From NCBI GenBank assembly GCA_019636915.1, contig JAHBWQ010000001.1, forward strand, positions 1 to 61,360: 61,360 nt of DNA, read 5' to 3'. This document shows positions 18,843 through 27,774 of the stretch, one piece after another. Position numbers and translations under genes: made by a program. Position 1 is the first letter of the stretch. Each line of letters begins with the position of its first letter. The notes under the pieces are model-generated. The model searched no databases, had not been told where the DNA came from, and was given only the letters and a program-made list of their open reading frames with translations. This DNA is from Nitrospira sp. Lineage in GTDB: Bacteria > Nitrospirota > Nitrospiria > Nitrospirales > Nitrospiraceae.

Positions 18843-19778
18843 TTATCGCCGTCCTGCTCTGGCCTTCGAATGGGCCTTGCCGGACCTCGCGGCGTTCTCC
18901 TCACGGTTCAACAGCGGATGACCCATCGCAGCCCGTTCCTCGATATAGCGTTCAGCGCACTGCCTGGCCAGCGCCCGTACCCTGGCGATGTACCCCGTCC
19001 GTTCTGCCACACTGATGGCACCACGCGCGTCCAAGAGATTGAAGGCATGGGACGACTTGATGCAGTAGTCATAGGCGGGTAGCGTCAGTCGCTTGTCGGT
19101 CTGGGCCAACAGTCGCTTGCATTCCGCTTCATAAGACTGAAACAGCTGCATCAGCATCGGCACATCGCCCTCTTCAAAGTTGTATCGCGATCCCTGCACC
19201 TCGGTTTCATGGTGAATATCGCCGTACCTGATCGAGTCCGTCCAAGCCAGATCGAACACATTGTTCACTTGCTGCAAGTACATGGCGATCCGCTCGGTCC
19301 CATACGTGATTTCTCCCGTGATGGGACTCAACTCGATCCCGCCGATTTCCTGAAAGTAGGTGAACTGGGTAATTTCCATCCCATCCAAACGCACTTCCCA
19401 ACCCAAACCCCACGCGCCTAAGGTCGGCGATTCCCAATCATCCTGCATAAAACGGATGTCGTGTTGCTTGGGGTTGATCCCCAGTCGGGCCAGGCTCTCC
19501 AGATAAAGCTCCTGGATATTGTCGGGAGCCGGTTTCAAGACGACCTGATACTGATAATAATGCTGCATGCGATTGGGGTTTTCCCCATAGCGGCCGTCCG
19601 TCGGACGACGACAGGGCTGCACATAGGCAGCACGCCAGGGTTCCGGACCAAGTGAGCGGAGAAATGTGGCAGGATGAAACGTCCCGGCACCCATCTCCAT
19701 ATCGTACGGTTGGTGAATGACACAACCCTGATCGGCCCAGAAGCGATGGAGGGTAAGGATCAGTTCTTGGAACGTCAC
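18843..19778 (-). CDS. glyQ: Glycine-tRNA ligase alpha subunit
   Basis: (V)[30 protein letters not shown] and EITYGTERI motifs; GTG 19778 preferred as start. Confidence 0.97.
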   Translation of the reverse strand: MTFQELILTLHRFWADQGCVIHQPYDMEMGAGTFHPATFLRSLGPEPWRAAYVQPCRRPTDGRYGENPNRMQHYYQYQVVLKPAPDNIQELYLESLARLGINPKQHDIRFMQDDWESPTLGAWGLGWEVRLDGMEITQFTYFQEIGGIELSPITGEITYGTERIAMYLQQVNNVFDLAWTDSIRYGDIHHETEVQGSRYNFEEGDVPMLMQLFQSYEAECKRLLAQTDKRLTLPAYDYCIKSSHAFNLLDARGAISVAERTGYIARVRALARQCAERYIEERAAMGHPLLNREENAARSGKAHSKARAGRR

Positions 19779-19836
19779 TGAATCTACAGCCTGGCCAGGG
19801 GAGATGATCTGATACTTGCCTGTGAGACAGGACGTC

Positions 19837-19866
19837 AAGCTAGCAAGAACGCTTTTGCCCTGTCAA
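19837..19866 (-). promoter_or_regulatory. Putative sigma70 promoter of glyQS
   Basis: TTGACA-18 nt-TAGCTT with an extended -10 TG. Confidence 0.55.
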
Positions 19867-19958
19867 GGAACAAGCCGGTTCCGATCGGCGATTTGGCGTC
19901 CGAGCCAACGTTGCCCATCAACACAAGACCCTGCACCATTCCCTTGAGATTTTTGAGA

Positions 19959-19988
19959 TTGACGTGAGTAAGAGATTTCTCCTATTGT
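19959..19988 (+). promoter_or_regulatory. Putative sigma70 promoter of the Rrf2 operon
   Basis: TTGACG-18 nt-TATTGT; a second TTGACA lies at 19997. Confidence 0.4.
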
Positions 19989-20028
19989 ACAAATTGTTGA
20001 CAAACTTACTCTTAATTTAAGCTAATGT

Positions 20029-20463
20029 ATGAAACTCTCCAAGAAAAGCGAATATGGTCTCCGAGCGTTGCTCGAGCTCGCGACGACTTATGGGAAGGCC
20101 ACGCTCCAACGCCAGGAGATTGCGGCCCGCCAACATATTCCCATCGAATTCTTGGAACAGATTCTTCTCATGCTCAAACGTGCCGGACTGGTTTCAAGCC
20201 GCCGCGGGATGAAAGGCGGATACGCGCTCATCAAGCAACCCAAAGACATCACCCTGGGCCAAGTCATCCGGATCCTCGACGGCCCGCTCGCGCCGATCAG
20301 TTGTGTCAGTAAAACGGCATACCAGAAATGCAATGAGTGTCCCTACGCGAACGCACCTCGCTGTCCTGTGCAGCAGGCCATGGGCACCGTCCGTGATGCC
20401 ATCGCCGGGATCCTCGATCACTACTCGCTGGCCGACTTTGCCGCAGGAGATCGGAGAGAATAA
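20029..20463 (+). CDS. Rrf2-family transcriptional regulator
   Basis: MKLSKKSEYGLRAL, FLEQIL and SRRGMKGGY motifs; Cys-rich C-terminal part. Confidence 0.95.
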   Translation: MKLSKKSEYGLRALLELATTYGKATLQRQEIAARQHIPIEFLEQILLMLKRAGLVSSRRGMKGGYALIKQPKDITLGQVIRILDGPLAPISCVSKTAYQKCNECPYANAPRCPVQQAMGTVRDAIAGILDHYSLADFAAGDRRE

Positions 20464-20469
20464 CCATTC

Positions 20470-21318
20470 ATGGATACGGTCGTTCTGGTTCTGATTACGT
20501 TTGTCGCCGCCACCGTCAATGGTGCACTCGGGTATGGCTTCTCCTCCATTACGGTTCCCATTGCCCTGGTGTTTTACACGAATCGGATCCTCAACCCCGC
20601 CCTTGTCCTGGTTGAATTGGTCATCAATACCTATGTGCTGTTCGTAAACCGGAAGAGTATTCCCAACGTCTTCTGGCGCGTCGCCCCAATTCTTGGTGGC
20701 CTGGCAGTGGGAGTCGGCATCGGGAGCTATCTCCTCTTTTTGGTACAACCGGCTTGGATCAAATTCGTCACCTATTTTTTCTTGTTGCCCTTGATTCTCC
20801 TCCAAGCTGCAGGCATTCGGAAGCCTATCCGGGCAGAAAAAGCCATCGCCGTCCCGTTCGGACTTGGACTGGGCACTCTGTATTCCGTCACGACAATTTC
20901 CGGCCCGCCGTTAGCGCTCCTCTTCAACAATCAAGGGTACCCCAAACAAGACTTCCGCGCCGCTCTGGGAATCATTCGTTTAGCAGAATCGTCGCTGACA
21001 GCCATTGCCTACGGTTTTATCGGCTTCTATAGCGCAGGCAGTCTGGAAATTATCCCTTACATTATTCCGAGCATTATCATCGGGATCCCTCTTGGAACCT
21101 ATATCATTCGCCTGATGGACCCGGAAACTTTTCGACGCATTTGCATGGCGTTCGACGGCCTGGTGGTGGGATTCGGACTCTCCCGCGTCTTGGGGGAACT
21201 CGATCTGGCCTCGCCGATGACCACGTACGGCATCTTGTCCATCGTAATCTTGATCAATGGGTACCTGCTCTTTCGTTTTTTCAGAGATCGTGGTGATCCC
21301 ACCTCCGCTCCGTCCTAG
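20470..21318 (+). CDS. TauE/SafE-family (sulfite exporter) membrane protein
   Basis: GALGYGF and ISGPP motifs; about 8 TM segments. Confidence 0.85.
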   Translation: MDTVVLVLITFVAATVNGALGYGFSSITVPIALVFYTNRILNPALVLVELVINTYVLFVNRKSIPNVFWRVAPILGGLAVGVGIGSYLLFLVQPAWIKFVTYFFLLPLILLQAAGIRKPIRAEKAIAVPFGLGLGTLYSVTTISGPPLALLFNNQGYPKQDFRAALGIIRLAESSLTAIAYGFIGFYSAGSLEIIPYIIPSIIIGIPLGTYIIRLMDPETFRRICMAFDGLVVGFGLSRVLGELDLASPMTTYGILSIVILINGYLLFRFFRDRGDPTSAPS

Positions 21319-21375
21319 TTCTTCTGACGATCACCCCTCACAGTTTCTCTCAAGAGACATACCCAGTTCACTTCA

Positions 21376-21404
21376 TTGACCTCTTTCAGGTAATTTGCTA
21401 ACGT
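21376..21404 (+). promoter_or_regulatory. Putative sigma70 promoter of tkt
   Basis: TTGACC-17 nt-TAACGT with an extended -10 TG. Confidence 0.5.
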
Positions 21405-21489
21405 CACGCTATTTTTGTAGTTTCCGAAAAGAGGACAGTACACGGCTTACGCAGTTTGACATCTATCTCTATACTGAAAGGATTTCGCT

Positions 21490-23355
21490 ATGGCCGGTTC
21501 AGTGGCTTCGTCCGAACTCCTCACCGCCTTACACAACAAAGCAACCCAACTCAGGATCGACAGTGTGCGAGCCACGAGCGAAGCAGGCAGCGGGCACCCT
21601 TCGAGTTGTGCTTCGGCGGCGGATCTCGTCGCCGCCTTGTTTTTCTCCGTCATGCGATACGACCCGCACAATCCGAAAGCCCGCAACAGTGACCGCTTTA
21701 TCCTTTCAAAAGGGCATGCCGCTCCGCTGCTCTACGCAGCCTGGGCCGAAGCCGGGCTCTTTCCGACCAGCGATCTGTTGAAATTGCGTACTCTGGCGTC
21801 CGATCTAGAAGGACACCCGACTCCCCGCTTGCCATTCGTCGATATGGCTACCGGTTCGCTGGGACAGGGACTTTCTGTCGGAATCGGGATCGCACTGAAT
21901 GCCAAGTTCGTCGATACACTGGACTATCGTACCTATGTACTGATGGGAGACGGTGAATCAGTTGAGGGGTCGGTTTGGGAAGCCGCCGAAGTCGGGCGCC
22001 ATTACGCGTTAGACAATCTGTGCGCCATCGTTGATATCAATCGATTGGGTCAGAGTGATCCCACCATGCTGCAACACGACATGGAGGCCTATCGTTCCCG
22101 ATGGGCCGGATTTGGGTGGCATGCGATCGTCATCGACGGCCATGACATCGAGGCCATTCTTAAGGCATTCCATGAAGCCTCACAGACAAAAGGACGACCA
22201 ACCGTCTTGTTGGCCAAAACGTACAAAGGCAAGGGTATTTCCTTCATCGAGAATAAAGCAGACTGGCATGGGAAACCACTGAAGAAAGGTGAGGAACTAC
22301 AGAAAGCCATCGACGAACTGACTCAACAGTTACGTCCGAACAGTACGGCGATCCAGATCTCCAAACCACCGGCTCCAGCCAGTCCTTCGCTGTCCATCGG
22401 AACCATGCCGGCAGCTCCATACAAAATCGGTGACTCCGTTGCGACACGCGAAGCGTTCGGAGCGGCATTGGAAGCCCTGGGGGCTGTGCATCCCCTCACC
22501 GTCGCGCTGGATGCCGACGTCAAAAACTCGACGTATACCGACAAATTTGGGAAGAAGTTTCCCAATCGGTTTTTCGAAAATTTCATCGCAGAACAAAATA
22601 TGGTGGGCGCTGCCGCTGGTTTGGCTGCCTGCGGGAAAATTCCGTTTGCTGCGACGTTCGCCTGCTTCTTGAGCCGGGCCTACGATTTCATCCGCATGGC
22701 GGCCGTCAGTGGCTCAAATATTAAGCTGGTAGGAACCCACGTCGGCGTCAGCATCGGCGAGGATGGCCCCTCGCAAATGGGACTGGAAGATATCGCCATG
22801 CTGGCAGCACAGCCCAATGTAACCGTGCTCTATCCCTCCGATGGAAATTCAACTTATCACCTCGTCGCGGCTGCGGCCCAACATAAGGGAATGGTCTATG
22901 TCCGAGCAGGCAGACCGAAGAACCCCGTGATTTACGGAGCGGACGAACGCTTTCACATCGGCGGCAGTAAGGTCCTCAGGCAAAGCGCAGAGGATGTGCT
23001 CACCATCGTGGCGGCCGGCGTGACACTATTTGAGGCCTTGAAGGCCCATGACCAACTCAAAGCGACGGGCATCGCCGTCCGTGTCATCGATCTCTACAGC
23101 ATCGCCCCGATCGATAGAACAACCTTGCTGGAGAGTGGACAAGCGACCCAGCGCCGGATCCTTACCGTGGAGGATCACTACGCCCATGGAGGCCTGGGCG
23201 ATGCCGTCCTCAATGCCGTGAGTACCGAAGGGATGTCCATCCATAAACTCGCCGTTCGAGAAATTCCACACAGTGGGAAACCGGATGAACTCATCGACCA
23301 TTACGGGATCGGAGTACGCTCCATCGTAGAGACCGTGAAAGCCATCATCAAATAA
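21490..23355 (+). CDS. tkt: Transketolase
   Basis: SGHPSS, DRFILSKGHA, TGSLGQG, GDGE (ThDP binding) and GEDGPSQM motifs. Confidence 0.96.
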   Translation: MAGSVASSELLTALHNKATQLRIDSVRATSEAGSGHPSSCASAADLVAALFFSVMRYDPHNPKARNSDRFILSKGHAAPLLYAAWAEAGLFPTSDLLKLRTLASDLEGHPTPRLPFVDMATGSLGQGLSVGIGIALNAKFVDTLDYRTYVLMGDGESVEGSVWEAAEVGRHYALDNLCAIVDINRLGQSDPTMLQHDMEAYRSRWAGFGWHAIVIDGHDIEAILKAFHEASQTKGRPTVLLAKTYKGKGISFIENKADWHGKPLKKGEELQKAIDELTQQLRPNSTAIQISKPPAPASPSLSIGTMPAAPYKIGDSVATREAFGAALEALGAVHPLTVALDADVKNSTYTDKFGKKFPNRFFENFIAEQNMVGAAAGLAACGKIPFAATFACFLSRAYDFIRMAAVSGSNIKLVGTHVGVSIGEDGPSQMGLEDIAMLAAQPNVTVLYPSDGNSTYHLVAAAAQHKGMVYVRAGRPKNPVIYGADERFHIGGSKVLRQSAEDVLTIVAAGVTLFEALKAHDQLKATGIAVRVIDLYSIAPIDRTTLLESGQATQRRILTVEDHYAHGGLGDAVLNAVSTEGMSIHKLAVREIPHSGKPDELIDHYGIGVRSIVETVKAIIK

Positions 23356-23639
23356 TATTGAACTTCAGATCATGCGCCCGGGTCTCTTCACCTCATTGTT
23401 GTCCAACATCATGCTTATCCGATCATTCGGAAGCACAAGAGGCCTCTAGGCGCTGTTCAATACGATTGTACGATACCCAATTATTCGGTTACGAAGGCAC
23501 CCCCTCCGTATAACGTTTTCACATTTTCCGAAAAAAACTGTGGTATAGTTTATGCCGATTGGATCAATACGTTGAACATGTCGCTCAACGTCAACACAGA
23601 AGACAGGCAGGTCATCTTACAACTCAATAGGAGGGACGA

Positions 23640-24101
23640 ATGACGAGAAGGATTATCAGTGTCTCAGTATTCGCAATGGGATGTGCCCTGATACTTTCAG
23701 GCGGTGTGGCCTCAGCCGAAGATCTCTCGCCCATCGCTCCGGTCCCTGCGGACTATGCGGGCAAACACATGCCTGCCGGTGGATGGACCGATCCGAAAGC
23801 CATCGAAGAAGGTGGAAAGATTTATCGCGGCGAGTTCAATACCGACATTAACTGCGCCAGTTGCCACGGTAAGGACGGCAAGCCGGTCAAGAAGGGGGCA
23901 CGGGATCTCCGCGACCCGAAGAATACGACGCGGTACTCGGACAGCTATTGGTACTGGCGTGTATCGGAAGGGATTCCAAAGACGAAAATGAAGGCCTGGA
24001 AGGGACTGTTGTCCGAACAGCAGATTTGGCAGGTCATCGCCTATCAACATATGTTCTCGCACGACGGGAAGCCGTCAGACCATTCTGATTACAAGCCGTA
24101 A
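23640..24101 (+). CDS. Periplasmic monoheme c-type cytochrome
   Basis: Signal peptide, CASCH heme motif, distal Met (TKMKAW) and ggagg RBS. Confidence 0.92.
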   Translation: MTRRIISVSVFAMGCALILSGGVASAEDLSPIAPVPADYAGKHMPAGGWTDPKAIEEGGKIYRGEFNTDINCASCHGKDGKPVKKGARDLRDPKNTTRYSDSYWYWRVSEGIPKTKMKAWKGLLSEQQIWQVIAYQHMFSHDGKPSDHSDYKP

Positions 24102-24142
24102 CGAGCCAATCATCGTCCCTCACAACAGGACAGGTTCATGGC

Positions 24143-24186
24143 ACAAAGGGAGGTGGGCAGAACGCTCACCTCCCTTTGTACTTTTT
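24143..24186 (+). terminator. Rho-independent terminator, possibly bidirectional
   Basis: acaaagggaggtgggc-agaac-gctcacctccctttgt stem followed by a T tract, between convergent genes. Confidence 0.85.
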
Positions 24187-24212
24187 CAGACCGTTGCGTG
24201 TGACGACAAAGT

Positions 24213-24551
24213 TCAGGCTGGATTAGGGGCGACAAACACCAGTACTTGAAGCCGTTGGGTCGTGTGGTTCTTCACGCCGTGCTCTTCTCCCGCAGGGGCG
24301 AGCGTGCCTTGCCCAGCTTGGAGCACACGGCGTTCTGAGCCAACCTGAAAGGTTCCCTGTCCTTCCAGAACAATGTAGATTTTGTCCTGATGGCCGTGGA
24401 CATGGCCTTTTTGTTCCTGACCAGGCTCGAAGCAGTAGATATCACAGAACAAACGCTCGGTTTGAAACAGATTGTTCTTCTTCATTTTGTCGCTGGCAAA
24501 CTGTTGACAATCCGCCAGAGTGATGACCTTCATCATGGGCACTCCATTCAC
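24213..24551 (-). CDS. Cupin-domain protein
   Basis: HVHGHQDKIYIVLEG and PAGEEHGVKN motifs. Confidence 0.88.
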   Translation of the reverse strand: MNGVPMMKVITLADCQQFASDKMKKNNLFQTERLFCDIYCFEPGQEQKGHVHGHQDKIYIVLEGQGTFQVGSERRVLQAGQGTLAPAGEEHGVKNHTTQRLQVLVFVAPNPA

Positions 24552-24577
24552 GTCACGTGGACCAATGAAATTGAATG

Positions 24578-25012
24578 TTACGGCATACGCGATAACAGTT
24601 TCTGATAGGACTGTTTAAGCTCCTGCAACGCGCTGTTCATCCCATCCTGCACATCCTGCCACTTCTTATCAGTAGTCTGCTTCAGCTCATTGAGCTTTTC
24701 TCTTACTCCGTCTTTCTTTTTTTCTAATTCGTTGAGCGACTTCTGCAACTCCGCGCGCGTCGCTTCAGACGATTTTGTCACCTTCCCCCGCAATTCGGTG
24801 ATTTGTCGTTGGAGCGCCGCCAATTCTTCTTGCGCCTTCCGCTCAATCGCCTCCTTCTGCTGGACGGTATACTCCTTGGTCGCCTCGAGCGTCTCACGGG
24901 CCTCCTTAACGACCTTGTCCGTCCCAGTCGTCGACTCAGCTCCAACGTTCTGACAGACCATCAAACCGGCTATCGGCACCCAAAACACCGCTCTCCACCA
25001 TGGACATCGCAT
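24578..25012 (-). CDS. Exported coiled-coil hypothetical protein
   Basis: ggagg RBS before ATG 25012, signal peptide and heptad-rich helices. Confidence 0.7.
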   Translation of the reverse strand: MRCPWWRAVFWVPIAGLMVCQNVGAESTTGTDKVVKEARETLEATKEYTVQQKEAIERKAQEELAALQRQITELRGKVTKSSEATRAELQKSLNELEKKKDGVREKLNELKQTTDKKWQDVQDGMNSALQELKQSYQKLLSRMP

Positions 25013-25143
25013 CGCCGCTCCCTCCCATGAAGAGATCAGTATAGTCAGTACCCAGAGCAAAGTCACGACTGCTAAACTTTCTGTGGTAAGCAACCGACAA
25101 AGCACTGTCGTGAACAGCAGGATCACAACCTGGGAGCCTCTCC

Positions 25144-26007
25144 ATGCCATCTGAAGCACAGCCGGCGGGGACTCAACTCGAACAGCTTGAACAGGCTCTC
25201 GCACAGAATATTACGACCGGCAATGTCGAACTTCCACTCCTACCACAAGCCGCCAGCCGTGTTATGGCGCTCGCATCGGACCCCAATGCCGATGCGGCAA
25301 AACTCTCATCGCTGATTCATCAGGATCAGGCTCTTGCCGCACACGTCTTACGAATTGCCAATTCTCCGGCCTATATGCCCCGTAGCCCTGTGGTCTCACT
25401 CCAACATGCGGTCGCTATGCTCGGCATGACCTTGTTGTCTGAGATCGCGTTTACCGCCTCCCTGAAAACTGGGGCTTTCAAGGTTCCAGGGTTTGAAGAC
25501 GACGTCAAACGACTCTGGCGGCACTCGCTTGCCAGCGGCGCATACGCCAAAGAAGTAGCCCGCATGCGTCGTGTGAACGTCGAAAGCGCGTACTTATGTG
25601 GTCTCCTCCATGCCATCGGAAAACCGGTCATCTTGCGTACGGTCACCATGCTGGCGCAAGAACGCCGCCTTCCACTCGATAAACCTCTACTCTACAGTTG
25701 GGTCGATGGTTATCATACTCAAGTCGGCCTCCTCATCGCAGACAAGTGGGGCCTTCCTAAGCAAGTCGCTGCCGCCATTCAATACTATGCGGACTACGAC
25801 CATGCCACAGCCTTCCGTCAGGAGTGCTTACTTACCTGTGTCGCCGATCGGTTGGCCAGTCACCTTCTCAGTCCAGACGAGATGCCGGATGAGACACTTC
25901 GTGACCATCCCGTGTTTGCCGAACTTAACCTATACCCCCAAGACATTGACCAGCTCATGAAGATGAATGACCATGTGCTGACCATTGTGAATACGATGAA
26001 CCTATGA
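25144..26007 (+). CDS. HDOD-domain protein
   Basis: LPLLPQ, DQALAAHVLRIANSP, LWRHS and AYLCGLLHAIGK motifs. Confidence 0.92.
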   Translation: MPSEAQPAGTQLEQLEQALAQNITTGNVELPLLPQAASRVMALASDPNADAAKLSSLIHQDQALAAHVLRIANSPAYMPRSPVVSLQHAVAMLGMTLLSEIAFTASLKTGAFKVPGFEDDVKRLWRHSLASGAYAKEVARMRRVNVESAYLCGLLHAIGKPVILRTVTMLAQERRLPLDKPLLYSWVDGYHTQVGLLIADKWGLPKQVAAAIQYYADYDHATAFRQECLLTCVADRLASHLLSPDEMPDETLRDHPVFAELNLYPQDIDQLMKMNDHVLTIVNTMNL

Positions 26008-27419
26008 GCACACCAAGTACCTATGACATCATTGTCATTGGCGCCGGTCCTGCCGGCCAAAAGGCCGCGGTGCAGGGCGCCAAGGCCGGGAAACGAGTCG
26101 CCCTCATTGAACGAGAACGGGGCATCGGCGGGAGCTGCGTCTATCGCGGAACCATTCCCAGTAAAACGTTGAGAGAAAGCGCCCTCCACCTCGACCGGCT
26201 CAAACGGGCTGGTGAAGCGTTGCAGTTCAACCTGAAACCGGACACTCAAATTTCGACACTCCTCAGCCGGCTTGAAGACGTCGTGAAGGCCCATGATTCA
26301 TTCATGAGCAAGCAACTCCGCCGAAACGGCATCTCCTTGTTCCATGGACGCGCACGATTCGTCAACGCCCATACCATCGAGATGCAAACCGTCGACGGGG
26401 CACAGCAACAATTCACGGCGGGCACGATCGTCGTTGCGACCGGGTCACGCCCAAGAAACCCACAAGAAATTCCGGTCGACCATGAGCATATTCTGGACAG
26501 CGACTCACTCTTGTCGATGATGTACCTCCCCCAATCTTTGACCGTGGTCGGAGGTGGGGTCATCGGCTGCGAGTATGCCTCGATCTTTGCCCTGCTTGGG
26601 GTTGAGGTCACGTTGATCGACCGTGCCACATACCCGCTGCAATTTATGGACAAAGAACTCGTCGACCAGTTTGTCAAAGGTCTTGAAAGTTATGGTAGCC
26701 ACTATCTCGGTGACAGCCACATCACCGACGTGCGATGGGACGGGATCACCCATGTCGTAACCACGCTCAAGAGTGGGCCCATCATCAGGAGCGAAAAAAT
26801 GTTGGTCGCTCTCGGTCGGCAAGCGAATATTGAAGACCTTGATCTGGATGCAGCAGGTATCTCCCTTTCGGACAAGGGATTGATCCCCGTGGATCAGTTT
26901 TGCCAGACCAATATCGAACAGGTATACGCGGTTGGAGATATGGTCAGCGGCCCTGCACTCGCCTCCAAGGCCATGGAACAAGGACGACGCGCCGTCCGAC
27001 ACGCGCTCAATCTCCCCGTTGGTGATGCCGCATCCACCATTCCATTGGGCATCTATACCATCCCTGAAATGTCCAGCATTGGACTGGATGAGAGGGGTGC
27101 CAGAGAACGGTATAAGGATCCGCTCATTGGCCGAGCGAAGTTTGAAGAAATCGCCCGTGCACAGATCTCCGGTGGTGGGCAAGGGCTGCTCAAGATGATC
27201 GCCGATCCAGCCGGTGAGCGGCTCCTCGGCGTGCAGGTCGTAGGCGATTCTGCCACGGAATTGGTCCACATCGGACAACTGGCACTGCAAAGCGGTGCGA
27301 CGATTGAATCTTTCATCGACAACGTCTTCAACTTTCCAACCTACGCCGAAGCCTACCGCATCGCTGCGCTGGATATCCTCGGCCAAGTAGCGAAACGCCA
27401 ACAGGCTAAAGCCGCCTAG
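26004..27419 (+). CDS. sthA: Soluble pyridine nucleotide transhydrogenase
   Basis: GAGPAG, GGSCVYRGTIPSKTLRE (CxxxxT), GGGVIGCEYAS and FNFPTYAEAY motifs. Confidence 0.93.
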   Translation: MSTPSTYDIIVIGAGPAGQKAAVQGAKAGKRVALIERERGIGGSCVYRGTIPSKTLRESALHLDRLKRAGEALQFNLKPDTQISTLLSRLEDVVKAHDSFMSKQLRRNGISLFHGRARFVNAHTIEMQTVDGAQQQFTAGTIVVATGSRPRNPQEIPVDHEHILDSDSLLSMMYLPQSLTVVGGGVIGCEYASIFALLGVEVTLIDRATYPLQFMDKELVDQFVKGLESYGSHYLGDSHITDVRWDGITHVVTTLKSGPIIRSEKMLVALGRQANIEDLDLDAAGISLSDKGLIPVDQFCQTNIEQVYAVGDMVSGPALASKAMEQGRRAVRHALNLPVGDAASTIPLGIYTIPEMSSIGLDERGARERYKDPLIGRAKFEEIARAQISGGGQGLLKMIADPAGERLLGVQVVGDSATELVHIGQLALQSGATIESFIDNVFNFPTYAEAYRIAALDILGQVAKRQQAKAA

Positions 27420-27774
27420 CTATCTTGTACAGCACGTCAGGACATCATCTGCAATGAGCTGCTTCAGCGGCCCCCATAACAACAAATCTACAGCCATCAT
27501 CTTCTCCTCCATTCATCTCTGTCCGCACACTCCCATGAGCACGCAAGCCTGACACACCGGCACGATCCAACAACGCAAGAGCCTACTCCTCCAATCCACA
27601 CAACACCAGACTGCCGCACTCTTGAGCTTGAGCCATCAATGCTTCCGACCACCAGCCATTCAATCAATCGCGAGCGCCAACCGATAAGTGACTTGAACGG
27701 TCAGATTTGGCCAATCACGGAGAACGGTTTTGCCTATAAAGCGAGCATACGGTGAACAACCCGTGAGAGTGGTT

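Noticed and set aside
19779-19870. T-box or glycine riboswitch before glyQS
   Set aside because: The leader after the predicted promoter is only about 50 nt and lacks the motifs.
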